The notes: generated by a model not told the origin, from the sequence alone. DNA of 63,940 nucleotides, filler included, from Chiloscyllium plagiosum (GCF_004010195.1; 4 parts of one record of this genome joined end to end with filler, not necessarily neighbours in it), one strand, 5' to 3'; counted from the first letter of the whole stretch, positions 1-12,799 are shown. Program-made: numbers and translations.

Positions 1-431
1 GGTGGATCAGGGTGGTGCAGGGTGGGGCAGGGTGGATCAGGGTGGATCAGGGTGGTGCAGGGTGGACCAGGGTGGATCAGGGTGGATTAGGGTGGTGCAG
101 GATGGGGCAGGGTGGATCACGGTGGATCAGGGTGGTGCAGGGTGGGGCAGGGTGGATCAGGGTGGATCAGGGTGGTGCAGGGTGGACCAGGGTGGATCAG
201 GGTGGATTAGGGTGGTGCAGGATGGGGCAGGGTGGATCACGGTGGATCAGGGTGGTGCAGGGTGGGGCAGGGTGGATCAGGGTGGTGCAGAGTGGGGCAG
301 AGTTGATCAGAGTGGTCAGGGTGGGGCAGGTTGAACCAGTTTGGGGCAGGGTGGATCAGGATGGGGCAGGGTGGATCAGGGTGGGGCAGGGTGGGGCAGG
401 GTGGGGCTGGGTGGGTCAGGGTTGGGCAGGG
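1..431 (+). repeat. G-rich 10-bp minisatellite (GGTGGATCAG/GGTGGTGCAG/GGTGGGGCAG) with a 120-bp higher-order repeat; runs off the window start
   Basis: Tandem 10-mers are visible directly. 1-120 is identical to 121-240, and the array degenerates after about 290. Confidence 0.95.
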
Positions 432-974
432 CATTGTAGTTCACAGCAAATGTGGTTGACTCTGAGCTACCCAGTGGGTAATTAAGAATGGGGAATAAAT
501 ACTGGCCTAATCAGGGATACCCACCATCCTATGAACGAAAGAAAAATCAGAATTTATTTGCCAATTTATCAGCAACCTCTCACACCTTTGACAGTGTGTC
601 TCTTTTTTATTCAGCAATACAAGCATTCAAAATGTGAAGGGATGTTCACGTGCTGCTTCTCAAACTGTGTTGAATCCGTTGGGTTTTTCACTGCTGTGTG
701 GATCATGTAGTGTTCCTCATTGATAACGCTGATGAACACGACATGGTTATGCAGGTAGCAGGACACAGTGCCACTTATCGTGGGAATTGACAGGCTGTGT
801 CCACACACACACACATACACACCTTACTATACAGGAGAGTTATACACTGTAACATAGAGTTACGGAACACACAAAAATTTATGCCTACAAACAGATATCA
901 TGCTAAAGTGTATACCTTGAAATACAATGTATATTATTTTATGTACAAATATGCTATATAGGTACTGGTTTCTT

Positions 975-1152
975 TTGGGTGCTCCGGTTTCCTCCCACGG
1001 TCCAAAGATGTGCAGGTTGGGTGGGTTGGCCAAGGGAAACGAAAGGTTAAAAGGAAAGGGTAGCAGTGGGCGTCTGGGTGGGATCCTGTTCAGAGGGTTG
1101 GTGTGGACTCGATGGGTTGGATGGCCTGCTTCCTAACTGTAAGGATTCTATG
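975..1152 (+). mobile_element. 5'-truncated HE1-like (V-SINE) shark SINE
   Basis: GGGTGCTCCGGTTTCCTCCCAC..TCCAAAGATGTGCAGGTT central domain and GGATTCTATG tail, as in the other copies. Confidence 0.75.
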
Positions 1153-1439
1153 TAACATTGTGTTATATTATATTCACAAAAGTGCTATACTTTTCAAGTG
1201 AATGAGAAATTATAAATCAGTGTGTTGTTATTGCAACAAGATTGTTGGAATGTTAGAATCAGTAACCATGGTAATTTACAAATGCAGGAATGAGAAAACC
1301 AGTAACACATGATGTGTTATAATACCCATAACACACAGAGTTATTAAATAATGCTGATAATCTTAAACAGTGCTACTCAGGAACAGTTGATGAATGTAAG
1401 GTATGATTAGAGTACTAAGGGAGGTTTGAGAATCTTAAA

Positions 1440-1887
1440 GGAGAAAGTGAGGACTGCAGATGCTGTAGATCAGAGCTGATAATGTGTTGCTGGGAAAGTG
1501 CAGCAGGTCAGGCAGCATCCAGGGAACAGGAGAATCAACGTTTCAGGCATAAGCCCTTCTTCAGGAATGAGGAAAGTGTGTCCAGCAGGCTAAGATAAAA
1601 GGTAGGGAGGAGGGACTTGGGGGAGGAGCGTTGGAAATGCGATAGGTGGAAGGAGGTCAAGGTGAGGGTGATAGGCCGGAGTGGGGTGGGGGCGGAGAGG
1701 TCGGGAAGAAGATTGCAGGTTAGGAAGGCGGTGCTGAGTTCAAGGGACCTCCTTCCACCTATCGGATTTCCAATGCCCCTCCCCTAAGTCCCTCCTCCCT
1801 ATCTTTTATCTTAGCCTGCTGGACACACTCTCCTCATTCCTTGGATGCTGCCTGACCTGCTGCGCTTTTCCAGCAACACATTTTCAG
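1440..1887. mobile_element. Fold-back Penelope-like (PLE) terminal-repeat element with 14-bp TSD
   Basis: Arms are inverted copies of the PLE terminal sequence. Flanked by TTGAGAATCTTAAA at 1426-1439 and 1888-1901. Confidence 0.8.
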
Positions 1888-2158
1888 TTGAGAATCTTAA
1901 ACCAGAGGCAAACAATTGCCAGTCTGTGGAAGCAATTCTCCCTTCAAATCCATTCCATGAAGATTTGCTCTGATGAGCTGCCTACAGATGAAGTGTCTTT
2001 CTTGAATGATTATTCCACATCTTCCTCATTGGTCATGCCTTGGATATAACAACTTCCAAATATTTATGCAATATTAATTCCTATACAAGGAGCATTATTC
2101 TATAGATTGGCTCTGATCTAAGTGAATGTCAGAAATCTCAAGGGGCCATGTTCTAACT

Positions 2159-2325
2159 AGGTAAAAACAATGACTGCGGATGCTGGAAACCAGATTCTGG
2201 ATTAGAGGTGCTGGAAAAGCACAGCAGTTCAGGCAGCATCCAAGGAGCAGGAAAATCGATGTTTTGGGCAACAGCCCTTCATCCTTTTGCCCGAAATGTC
2301 GATTTTACTGCACATCTAATCCAGA
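2159..2325. mobile_element. Short fold-back PLE-derived element with 14-bp TSD
   Basis: GCCATGTTCTAACT at 2145-2158 and 2326-2339, with an internal inverted PLE terminal sequence. Confidence 0.8.
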
Positions 2326-2384
2326 GCCATGTTCTAACTGAATGATGGACAGTCTTCAGGGGCTGTCATCGAACTGAATGATGA

Positions 2385-3420
2385 GGAGTTGAGTGTCGGA
2401 GTAGGGATGTCTTGCTGCAGTTATACAGGGCCTTGGTGGTCAACACCTTGAGTACTGTGTGCAGTTTTGGTCTCCTAGTCTGAGGAAGGATATTTCCGCT
2501 ATTGAGGGGGTCCAGCGAATGTTCACTAGACTGATTCCCTGGATGGCAGGACTGACATATTTGAAAAACTGGATTGACTCATCTTATAGTCGCTGGAATT
2601 TAAATGAATGAGGGGGGATCTCAAAGAACAAATGATAAGTATAGCACAGGAACAGGCCCTTTGTACATAAAATAATATACTGATCATCATGCCCTAACTA
2701 AACTAACAAACAAACCTCCTGCCCTTATTCAGTCTGCATCCCTCGATTCCCTCCCTATTTATGGAACAATCCAGATGCCTCTTAAATGTCACCAATGTGC
2801 CCACATCCACCATCTCTTCTGGCAGCGCGTTCCAGTCTTCTACCACTCTCTGCATGAAAAACCTCCCTCATACATTTCTCTTCGGCTTCCCCTCTCTCAC
2901 CTTGAACATGTGTCACCGAGTAATTGAAACTTCAACCCTGGAAAAAAGCCTCTGACTATCCACCCTATCTGTGCCTCTCATAATTTTGTAGACCTCTTTC
3001 AGGTCTCCTCTCAGCCTTTCCAGTGAAAACAATCCTAGTCTTTTTAACCCTTCCCCACAGCCAATGCCCTCGAGACCAGGCAGCATCCTGGTGAACCATC
3101 TGCACTCTCTCATCGGAATATATAAAACCCTGATGAGACTGGACAGGCTAGATGCGCGAAGAATGTTCCCAATGTTGGGGAAGTCCGGAACCAGGGGTCC
3201 CAACCTCAGAATAAGGAGTCAGCCATTTAGGACTGAAATGAGGAAGAATTCCTTTGCTCAGAGAGCTGTGAACCTGTGAAATTCATTCCCACAGGAAGCT
3301 GTTGGGGCCAGTTCATTCGATATATTCAAGAGAGAACTGGATGTGGCCCTTCCGGCTAAAGGGATCAAGGGATATGGGGAGAAAGTGGGAATGGGAAACT
3401 GAAATGGCATGATCTGTGTT
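2385..3420 (+). mobile_element. Degraded CR1 LINE 3' region, interrupted by an opposite-strand CR1 3' fragment (about 2625-3100)
   Basis: Translations resemble the CR1 ORF2 C-terminus (e.g. LGLFSLERLRGDLKEVYKIMRG on the minus strand; FRTEMRKNSFAQRAVNL on the plus strand). Confidence 0.8.
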
Positions 3421-3474
3421 TCTATCAACAGACTTGAGAGGCCATGATCTAACTAAATGATGAACAGTTTATTG

Positions 3475-3750
3475 TGGAGGCAATTGCCTCGTGGTTTTAT
3501 TGCAGGACTATTAATGCAGAAAGTCAGTCATGACCTGGGGAGCCAGGTTGAAATTCCGTCGTGGCTGATACTAGAATTTGAATTCAGTGAAGAATCTGAA
3601 GGAAACTACCATCCTCATCTGGTCTGGCCTATATGTGACTCCAGGCCCAGAGCAATGTGATTGACTGTTAACTGCCCTCTCGACAATTAGGGAGGGGCAA
3701 TAAATGCTGACCCAACCAGAGACACCCACATCTCGTGAATGAATTTTTTT
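3475..3750 (+). mobile_element. Shark tRNA-derived SINE, second family; further copies at about 12330-12620(-), 17195-17510, 18470-19010(-), 21690-21950, 41850-42165, 47600-47860(-), 48210-48555
   Basis: Recurrent CTGGTCTGGCCTA.ATGTGACTCCAG...CAATTAGGGA.GGGCAATAAATGCTG motif across the window. Confidence 0.65.
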
Positions 3751-4087
3751 AAGGAGTCTCATGGGTCCATGATGTCAGAGGCAGGTTCTTTACACAGAGA
3801 GTGGTAAGGGCGTGGAATGCCCTACCTGCTAACGTAGTCAACTCAGCCACATTAGGGAGATTTAAACAATCCTTAGATAAGCACATGGATGATTTTGGGA
3901 TAGTGTAAGGGGACGAGCTGAGAATAGTTCACAGGTCGGCGCAACATTGAGGGCCGAAGGGCCTGTTCTGCGCTATATTGTTCTATGTTCTATGATCTAA
4001 CTGAATGATGAACAGGCTGGTGTTGCTACCTGTTTTTATGGTCTGAGTTCCTGGGAATGTGCCTTCAGCACTTCCCTTTACTTTGAA

Positions 4088-4647
4088 AAAATGAGGACTG
4101 CAGATTCTGGAGTTCTGAGTCGACAGTGTGTTGCTTGAAAAGCACAGCCGGTCAGGCAGCATCCGAGGAGCAGGAGAATCGATGTTTTGGCCATAAGCCC
4201 TTCATCAAGAATGAGGCTTGTGGACTGGGGCTGAGAGATAAATGGGTGGTGGTGGGGTGGGTAGCTGAGAAAGTGATAGGTGGATGAAGATGAGGGAGAA
4301 GGTGATAGGTCAGAGGGGGGAATGATGAATAGGTCCGGAGGGCAGTGTCAAGTTGGAGGCTTGGGACCTGGATACTGTTGGGGGAGGGGAAATGAGGAAG
4401 CTGCTGTAATCCACATTGATCCCATTGGTTGCTGGGTCCCAAGGCAGAATATGCAGTGTTCTACCTCCAGGCGTCGGGTGGTAACGGTTTGGCGGTGGAG
4501 GAGGCCCAGGACCTGCATGTCCTTGACGGAGTGGGAGGGGGAGTTGAAGTGTTCAGCCATGGGGCGGTGGGGTTGGTGGGTGTCGGTGTCCCAGAGATGT
4601 TCTCTGAAACAATCTGCAAGAAGGTGTCCTGTCTCCCCGATGTAGAT
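4088..4647 (-). mobile_element. Penelope-like element 3' fragment (end of GIY-YIG region plus terminal repeat)
   Basis: ORF 4348-4560 reads EHFNSPSHSVKDMQVLGLLH...LEVEHCIFCLGT, followed by the hammerhead-bearing terminal repeat. Confidence 0.8.
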
Positions 4648-5601
4648 CCCAGATGTAGATTCCCTTTACTTTGCTCTACTCCCAACATGAAAACACTGTT
4701 CAACAGATCAACTGTTAAGTGCAGCTTCTCAGACCTGATACTCTATGAATTGCAAGGAGAAAAATATTTGAAACTGGTCTCAATCAAGATGCATGACCAT
4801 CAGGTGCATGTGATGACTGAACTAAAAAATGAAATGCTATTTGCTGGTGATTATATTTGCAAACCCAGCAAAATAAATGGGTCTAATTATTGGTGCGTTC
4901 CAAGCTGGTGCTGGGTTGGAGTTGGTGCCCACAGTCCTATTAATGAAAAAAGAATCTGAATTGACTTCCATGTAATCAGTGCCCTCTCTGCACAGAATGT
5001 GATTGTTTCCCTGATGTGCTGGGACAGCATTAGTCAGCACTTTAGCCTCTGAGTCAGAACATTGAGGTTTTAAGTTACCCTGTGAAAGCCCAGCGTAGAA
5101 AGAAGGGAGTGCCACACTGCTGTGATTGAAGTGCGGGGAGGATACCTCATAGAGCATTGTAAAGAACTGCAAAACAGTGTCTTGGCTAAGAATTATACTT
5201 CGACCAACAGATGAAATCAGATTATCTGGTCATTATCCCATTGTTCTTTGCAAAGTCTGGCACTGGAAAAACCACAGCAGGTCAGGCAGCATCCAAGGAG
5301 CAAGAGAGGGAAGGACCCTTCTTCAGGACCTGATGAAGAGTTATGCCCGAAACATTGATTCTCTTGCTCCTTGGATACTGCCTGACCTGCTGTGGCTTCT
5401 TCAGTGCCACACTTTATCAACTCTGACTCTCCAACATTCTGCAGTCCTCACTTTCTCCTATTTGCAAGGTCTTGCTGTGTGCATATTGGGTGCTGCATAT
5501 CAGGGTGGCTTGAAGGTCTGAAAAGATGCTACGGAATTGCAAAGTCTTTTATTTCCTTTCACATTTTGCCCTGTTGAGGGAAGGATGATAGAAATCAACC
5601 A

Positions 5602-7075
5602 GGGTGGCATGGTGACTCAATGGTTAGCTCTGCTGCCTCACAGCACCAGGGACCTGGGTTTGAACTCACTCTCAGATGACTCTCTGTGCATTCTCCCTGT
5701 GTCTGCATGGGTTTCCTTTGGGTTCTCCAGTTTCCTCCCACAGTCCACTGTTTAAGAAAGGTGGTAAGGACAAGCCAGGGAACTATAGACCGGTGAGCCA
5801 GACATCGGTGTTGGGCAAGTTGTTGGAGGGAATCCTGAGGGACAGGATGTACATGTATTTGGAAAGGCAAGGACACATTAAGGATAGTCAACATGGCTTT
5901 GTGCTTGGGAAATCATGTCTCACAAACTTGTTTGAGTTTTTTGAAGAAGTAACAAAGAGGATTGATGAGGGCAGAGCAGTAGATGTGATCTTTATAAGAG
6001 GTACAGTTCGTAAGTTTGCAGATGACACCAAAATTGGAGGTGTATTGGACAGCGAAGAAGGTTATTGCAGATTACAACAGGATCTGGACCAGATAGGCCA
6101 ATGGGCTGAGAAGTGGCAGATGGAGTTTAATTCAGATAAATGCGAGGTGCTGCATTTTGGGAAAGCAAATCTTAGCAGGACTTATACACTTAATGGTAAG
6201 GTCCTAGGGAGTGTTGCTGAACAAAGTGACCTTGGAGTGCAGGTGCATAGCCCCTTGAAAGTGGAGTCACAGGTAGATAGGATAGTGAAGGCGGTGTTTG
6301 GTATGCTTTCCTTTATTGGTCAGAGTATTGAGTACAGGTGTTGGGAGGTCATGTTGTGCCTGTACAGGATATTGGTTAGGACACTGTTGGAATATTGCAT
6401 GCAATTCTGGTCTCCTTCCTACTGGAAAGATGTTGTCAAACTTGAAAGAGTTCAGAAGAGATTTACAAGGATATTGCCAGAGTTGGAGGATTTGAGCCAT
6501 TGGGAGAGGCTGAACAGGCTGGGGCTGTTTTCCCTGGAGCGTTGGAGGCTGAGGAGTGACCTTTTAGAGGTTTATTAAATTATGAGGGGCATGGATAGGG
6601 TAAATAGACAAAGTCTTTTCCCTGGGGTCAGGGAGTCCAGAACTAGAGGGCATAGTTTTAGGGTGAGAGGGGAAAGATATAAAAGAGACACAAGGGGCAA
6701 CTTTTCACACAGAAGGTGGTACGTGTATGGAATGAACTGCCAGAGGAAGTGGTGGAGGCTGGTACAATTGCAACAATTAAAAGGCATTTGGGTGGGTATA
6801 TGAATAGGAAGGGTTTGGAGGGATATGGGCCGGGTGCTGGCAAGTGGGACTAGATTGTGTTAAGATATCTGGTCGGCATGGATGGGTTGGACCGAAGGGT
6901 CTGTTTCCATGCTGTACATCTCTATGACTCTATGTGCAGTTAGGTGGGTTAGCCATGGGAAATGCAGAGTGATAGGGTAGGGGATGGGAGTGGGTGGGAT
7001 GGTCTTTGAAGGGTCAGTGTGTACTCAATGGGCTGAATGGTCTGGTTCCACACTGTAGAGATTCTATGATTCAGA
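5602..7075 (+). mobile_element. HE1-like SINE split by a CR1 LINE insertion (CR1 about 5746-6933)
   Basis: SINE head with A/B-box-like motifs at about 5602-5745; the SINE resumes at about 6934. The CR1 RT remnant contains PGNYRPVS, KSCLTNL and KFADDTK and ends in a CTATGACT tail. Confidence 0.9.
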
Positions 7076-7904
7076 ATTCCTCTTGGAAATAATACACTTG
7101 GAAAGATTTTCACATAAAGAATAAATAAAGATTAGAGTTACATAGCGGAGGTCCCCTGCACTGGTTAAAATCCCTGTACTCAGGAGAGTAGAGGTTAAAG
7201 TTTTGAGACAAGTTCAGTGGGGTGGTGGGAGTGAGTTGTTGTAGGATAACCAACCACAAGGAGACCTTTGCGTTTCTCAGTCCAAAAAGCATGAAACAGC
7301 ACATCAGGGTTTTTCCATGTAATCCTCATTCTTTAATCATGAGGCCACATTAATCTCCTGACATTTTATTTCAGGTACAGATGCAATAAATAGCGATCCT
7401 TATAATAGTCATAGAAATTATTTTCATACACTTTACATTGTATATAAATGAATCAAGCTGCCACTGGAAACTGTTTTCCAAGCCATGGTTTTTGAATGAT
7501 GACTGAGATGGTAAACTTAAGGGCGATCCGGCCTGGTGGTTCCAATGATAGCAAGCCACAGCATGACTCTATCAGTTCAATTCCAAACCCACCAGTTCAA
7601 ATGCTTTCGTTGTTTGTTTTCCTGTGTCCTTAATAGAAGTGCTGACCATTGCATCAGTTCTCAAACCAAAATAACTCCCTTAATACATCAGTGTCCATTT
7701 TTTATACCTCCTTTTATGCTGACATCAGAAATAAACCTTTTATGCTGCTGGTTTTCAGTACTTTTAATAGTACTTTTAAGCACTACCATTATTTCCTCAG
7801 GAGTTCTTCACAGCATCTGTGTAGAATAGCATAAGACCAACAGGTCCAGAACTTATCAACAGTTGGCATCCATTTTGGAATGGCCTTTTGTCGTAAGCAA
7901 ACAG

Positions 7905-8385
7905 GTGACCGAGCAGCAGCTCTGCGTTCAGGCTCTGGGCCCGGGGCTCTCCACTTCTATCTGCTTTCTTTGTTTTTCTTCTTACTTCTGCTCTTTTCTT
8001 TTGCTCTTTTATTTAACTCTTTGAAAGATTTTCTCAGAGTCTTCGGCAGGGTGAGAGCAGCTTGGCCTCCTGAGGATGTGAGGCAGCGGAAACAACAGAG
8101 ACAGCAACAATGGCGGCTTGTTCCAGTGATCGGTAGAGCATACCCCTGAGAAATCTTCAGGCCAGGGCTAGGCCCAGGGAAGTAAGACTTTAAATTCTGG
8201 ACTTGCTCATTTTCTGTCAGATAGGGACTTTAAGATCTGGATACTGTTCTTTTTCTTTTGGCTCTGTTTCTTGAATTTCTTCTCTTGTTTTTTTTTTACA
8301 TTCTGGCTTTGTGTTTTAAGATGGCGACTTTGTACACTTTTCATTGTACTCCTGTACTTGAATACAATAAAATCTAATTCTAGTT
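7905..8385 (+). mobile_element. Interspersed non-autonomous retroelement-like repeat; a possibly related element lies on the minus strand at about 61080-61752
   Basis: Ends in TACACTTTTCATTGTAC...AATAAAATCTAATTCTA, and the 61-kb copy has a similar 3' organisation. Family not identified. Confidence 0.45.
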
Positions 8386-9043
8386 TTGAAGATACAGCAA
8401 CAAGAATCTTCCACTTTTCATACTGTAACCTTTCTAGCAATCACCATTTATTGGACACCTTCCCAGTTAGCCCATTGATCACCTTCGGAACATGCCTAGA
8501 GTACAGCCTGTTCTTGAGGCTTATTCCCAAGATCTCCTCAGTGGAATCTTCCCTCCAAACAGCTCAGCAATGTTTATCACACAGTAATATTTCGGTATCC
8601 TGGCTGGCATTATTTCCATGGGAAAACCTTTTCCTCTGAGGACAGTTGGTCAGTTGTTCCACTGACTCATTACCAATCCACCCATTACAAGCGGTCCCAA
8701 AACATGTGATCGCCTGTTGTATTTGCAGAGGACCTTGTCAGACGAAAGGTTCTTTGTGAAGTTTAAAATTACACACAGGATTGACTATACCTTTTCCTTG
8801 AACCCCACTATTCCACAGCTTCAGCATAACTGGGCAAACTTGAAATTAGTTGTCAATATGAACGGATTTTTTAAAAATCTCAAGTTCAAGAGTCACTAAC
8901 AAAATTTGAAAGATAAGCAATAATGTCTTGCTCTTAACCCAGCCTTGATTTATCATTGATCACATTAATGTAAATAATAATAATTGAAAGGAGATAATAT
9001 AACTAAAATGAAAATTGTACATATTTTTACAGATACTGTACAA

Positions 9044-10169
9044 TTTATTTTCCTGAATTAAATCTAAACGCTAATCAAAGAGAAGAGGGTCATAAAAAAG
9101 GGGACCATTTCAGCAGCGTAGACCAGAGACAAAATGTTCGACCGGGACCCGTGTATCGGTTTTTTGTCTTTGGGAATCCTCGGTGAAGGGTCAGGGGTCA
9201 GAGTGCAGGACACCATCAAGCTGGGAAAGAAGGCATGCACAAAGTGGTCATTTGATGATGTGAGGTTTGGCTTTAAAGATCCTCAAGAGGAAGGAAAAAA
9301 AGGCTAATGGTTGAAGGAAGGTCAAAAAGAAGCAATCAAACCATCCTGAGGCAGATTGAAGGGGAAGCTTAGTGTTACCACCTGGCAATCTCTTTGTGAG
9401 TTGACACCAATTACACTGTGTGGGGGGGGGGGGGGGGTAGGTAACAGGAGGGAGAGGGAGTCGGATTTCAGCCAACACATTTCATCACTTGTGGGATAAA
9501 AGTATTTCGTAAATGTCAAATTGCTTCTAATGCTACCACTGTTGCAAACAGTACGTCACCTCAGTACTTTACAGATCAACACACACTCCCAGCAGAGAAT
9601 AACATCCCATGTGGAAGGATGCAATTTAGAATTGCATTATTGGGTTGTTTTCACAGTTCAAGTGAGCACAGTCTATATATGATATATATAAAAAAAGATG
9701 AGCCAATGCACCTCTACCCCCAACCCCACCCTTACCCATAAACTCCAGCCAGCACTGTGTGCCTCTCTCTGGATGCTTGCATTCAAATCTGGATCAAAAC
9801 CAAATGCCACAGAAAATAAGACTTTTTTTCTTATGATTTCTGTCAAGCTTTTAAACTGCAGCCTAGCTGCAGGCCAACGAGAGGGGCCTATTGTTATCAG
9901 GATCCTGATGAGAAATGGCCATTTTATAAATAACCCTTACACACACACACACACAGACACACAGACAGATAGACAGACAGACACACAGACACACACACAC
10001 ACACACGTACACACACACAGTCATGCCCAGTTTCCCGTTAAATATAGGTCAATTCAGAGCAGTTCCTTTCATGAGTATAAAAATAAAGTATCTTTAGTTT
10101 TCAAAAAAAAACCCCAAACACAAATATTTATCCGAGGCAGCCAGCAGACTGATAGAGGTCCCCTAGGTC
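9044..10169 (-). other. Probable 3' UTR of the FGF gene; candidate poly(A) signal at 9044-9049 (alternative at 7365-7370)
   Basis: Transposon-free, AT-rich stretch directly after the FGF stop codon, with AATAAA on the minus strand. Confidence 0.5.
9939..10019. repeat. (CA)n/(CAGA)n compound microsatellite in the FGF 3' UTR
   Basis: Seen directly in the sequence. Confidence 0.95.
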
Positions 10170-10436
10170 CTAGCTGGTCTTGTGGTGTCGAGCTCGTTTC
10201 GTCCTTTTAGTGACTGTGGTGTATTTGAAAGGTCTATGGTGCTCCCCTTTGTCTTTGGGGGGTCTTTTCATGAAATGGACCTCCCTCTGGTTCTGCTCAG
10301 TTTTCGATCCTTTCCTGGTCCGTCCTTTCCTGGTGAAGCCCAGGTACCAGCCCTTGTACTTGGCAGACATCAGAGCAGTGTAGTTATTCTCCAGGACCTC
10401 CTCCACAAACACACACTCCCGGCTCTTCCCATTGAG
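10170..10436 (-). CDS. fgf24: Terminal coding exon of an FGF8-subfamily (FGF8/17/18/24) fibroblast growth factor, best match FGF24
   Basis: Acceptor ttgtccttctctag| then a phase-0 267-bp frame: [96 protein letters not shown] and HFMKR are FGF8-subfamily hallmarks. [17 protein letters not shown] and TTVTKRTxRAR match my recollection of fish FGF24 better than FGF18. Subfamily is secure; the paralog name is less so. Confidence 0.85.
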   Translation of the reverse strand, partial: LNGKSRECVFVEEVLENNYTALMSAKYKGWYLGFTRKGRTRKGSKTEQNQREVHFMKRPPKDKGEHHRPFKYTTVTKRTKRARHHKTS

Positions 10437-10477
10437 CTAGAGAAGGACAATTAAAAAAAAAGTCACATAGGATATTC

Positions 10478-10806
10478 ATCGAATCCCTACATTGCAGAAA
10501 GAGGTGATTCGGCAGTCTGCACCAACCCTCCAAAGGGCATCCCACCCAGACTCATCCCTGGAACCCCACTTTCGCTAAACCACCTAGTCTGCACATACCA
10601 GAACACAATGGCAATTTCCCATGGCCAATCCACCAAACCTGTACATCTTTGGACTCTGTGAGGAAACCAGAGCAAACCCACACAGACACAGGGGAAATGT
10701 GCAAACTACACAAAGACAGTCGCCCCCCCCCCCCCAAGGCTGGAATCAAACCCAGATGCCTGGCATTTTGAGACAGCATGTTAATTACTGAGCTATTGTG
10801 CCACCC
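10478..10806 (-). mobile_element. HE1-like SINE, near full length
   Basis: Reverse complement of the tRNA-like head (GGTGGCAC...) and V-domain. Confidence 0.85.
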
Positions 10807-10869
10807 AAGTATTGATTACGCCAACCTACGAAAGAATATTCAGAGTCTGTTGAGGAAAGGAAAACATTA

Positions 10870-11270
10870 AGTTATTTTTCCCAGGAGGGTTGGAAGCTAA
10901 GGGGTGACCTTATCATGAGGGGCATGGGTAGGGTGAAAATAATCAACATCTTTTCCCTGGGGTAGGGGAATCCAAAATGAGAGGGCAAAGGTTTAAAGTG
11001 GGAGGGGAAAGATATAAAAGGGACCTAAGGGGCAACTTTTTCACACAGAGGGTGGTGGGTATATGCAATGAGCTGCCAGAGGAACTGGTGGAGGTGGGTA
11101 CAATTACAACAATTAAAAGGCATCTGGATGTGTACATGAATACAATGGGTTTAGAGGGATATGGGCCAAATGTTGGCAAATGGGACTAAATTTGGTTAGG
11201 ATATCTGATCAGTTTGGACAAATTGGACTGAAGAGTTTGTTTCCCTGTTGTACATCTCTGGAACTCTATG
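10870..11270 (+). mobile_element. CR1 LINE 3' end
   Basis: RGNFFTQRVV.I.NELPEE motif and CR1 3' UTR. Confidence 0.85.
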
Positions 11271-11599
11271 AGTACAATTGAAGAAATATACTGTAATTTT
11301 ATCTTGCTGTAAGACGACAAAAGAGAAAGATTATGTGACATTGAATGACTTCCTGTGATTGTGCATACAGGGTTTTATTACCATAGCAGACAGTCACAAC
11401 TATCCCCTGAAACAAGATCACATCACAGACAGCTGGAAAATTAAAATGGTCATTGGTCCTCGAAGGCAACTAAACTTTCGTAAACCAATACAGAGAGGCT
11501 TGGAGAAACTCAGCAGGTCTGGCAGCATCTGTGGAGAGGGATATTGTGAGTCTCATATGATTCTTCTTCTGGAACTAAGGAGATTCTGAAGAAGGTCCT

Positions 11600-12310
11600 A
11601 AACTTGAGAGTAAATCTATTCCATACCATCTCAAGTTTAACAACGGCCTTCCTATAGAAGGCTGACTAGAATTGAACTCAGTATTCTAAAGGTGGCCTCA
11701 CCAATGTCCTGTACAACCACAACATGACATGCCAACTCCTATACTTAATGTTCTGACCAAGGACATTAAGGAAAGCATGCCAAATGCCTTCTTCATAAAC
11801 CTGTCTACCTGCGACTCCACTTTCAAGAAACTATGCAGCTGCACTCCAGGTCTCTTTGTTTGGCAACACACGCCAGGCCTTTACTTGATTTCGCTGCTCC
11901 TCGGATGCTGCCTGAACTGCTGTGCTCTTCCAGCACCACTAATCCAGAATCTGGTTTCCAGCATCTGCAGTCATTGTTTTTACTTTTACTAATAACTGTA
12001 TAAGTCCTGCCCTGGTTTGCCTTGCAAAAATGCAACACCTCACATTTATCTAAATTAAATCTCGTCTGCCACTCCTCAGCCCGATGGTCCATCTAATAAA
12101 GATCCTGTCGTACTCTGAGATAATCTTCCTCACTGTCCGCTACTCCACCTATTTTGGTGTCACCTGCAAACTTACTAACCTTAGACCTGTATTGACATCC
12201 AAATCACTTATATAAATGATGAAAAACAGCAGACCTAGCGCCGATCCTTGTGGCACATCACTAGTCACTGGCCTCCAGTCTGAAAACAAACCCTCCAACA
12301 CTACCTTTCC
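11600..12310 (-). mobile_element. CR1 LINE RT fragment with a nested PLE terminal fragment (about 11885-11985)
   Basis: [15 protein letters not shown] and KCEVLHF motifs on the minus strand. Confidence 0.8.
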
Positions 12311-12799
12311 CTTCCCAGTTGCCCCTTGATCTGATTGGCTTGGAGGAGCTATTTGAGGGAGCAGTTGAGAGTCAACCACATTGCTGTGAATCTGGAGTCA
12401 CATGCAGGTCAGACCAGGTAGGGACCACTGATTTCCTTCCCTAAAGCACGTTAGTGAACCAGATGGGTCTTCACAACAGCAGTTTCCTGGTCATCATTAG
12501 ACTTTTAATTCCAGATTTGTATTAGATTCAAATTTGACCATTCGTGATGGGGAGATTCGGACATACATCCCCAGAATATTATCCTGGAGCTCTGGATTGT
12601 TAGACCAGTGACCACAATGCTTCCCCATGAACTTTAAAATTTTATGATGATGTTAAAGGCAAAATGCAGCAAACGCTGGAAATCTGGAACAAGTACAGAG
12701 AACGCTGGAGAAACTCAGCAGCTCTGGCAGCATCGGTGGAGAGAGAAAAAACAGAGTTAATGTTTTGAGAATTAACTTCTACGGGACCTTCTTCAGATG

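Noticed and set aside
2..485. Repetitive Gly/Trp-rich ORFs (110 and 157 aa)
   Set aside because: Translation of a stop-poor 10-bp minisatellite; open in several frames and no splice or start context.
611..820. Exon-like segment (plus-strand acceptor at 614, donor at 755) and a 69-aa minus-strand ORF
   Set aside because: All three plus frames hit stops before the donor, and the minus ORF has no recognisable homology.
5676..6578. 300-aa RT-like ORF as a functional gene
   Set aside because: It starts inside a SINE and the CR1 RT has an internal deletion removing core motifs, so it is a dead fragment.
9698..10210. 170-aa plus-strand ORF antisense to the FGF 3' end
   Set aside because: It runs through a CA microsatellite and has no homology; likely a chance ORF.
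10170..10436. Calling the FGF exon fgf18 or fgf8
   Set aside because: FGF18 is highly conserved with FIEKVLE, GWYVGF and QQDVHF, and FGF8 lacks the KYTTVTKR tail. The residues fit FGF24 better, though a tree is needed to confirm.
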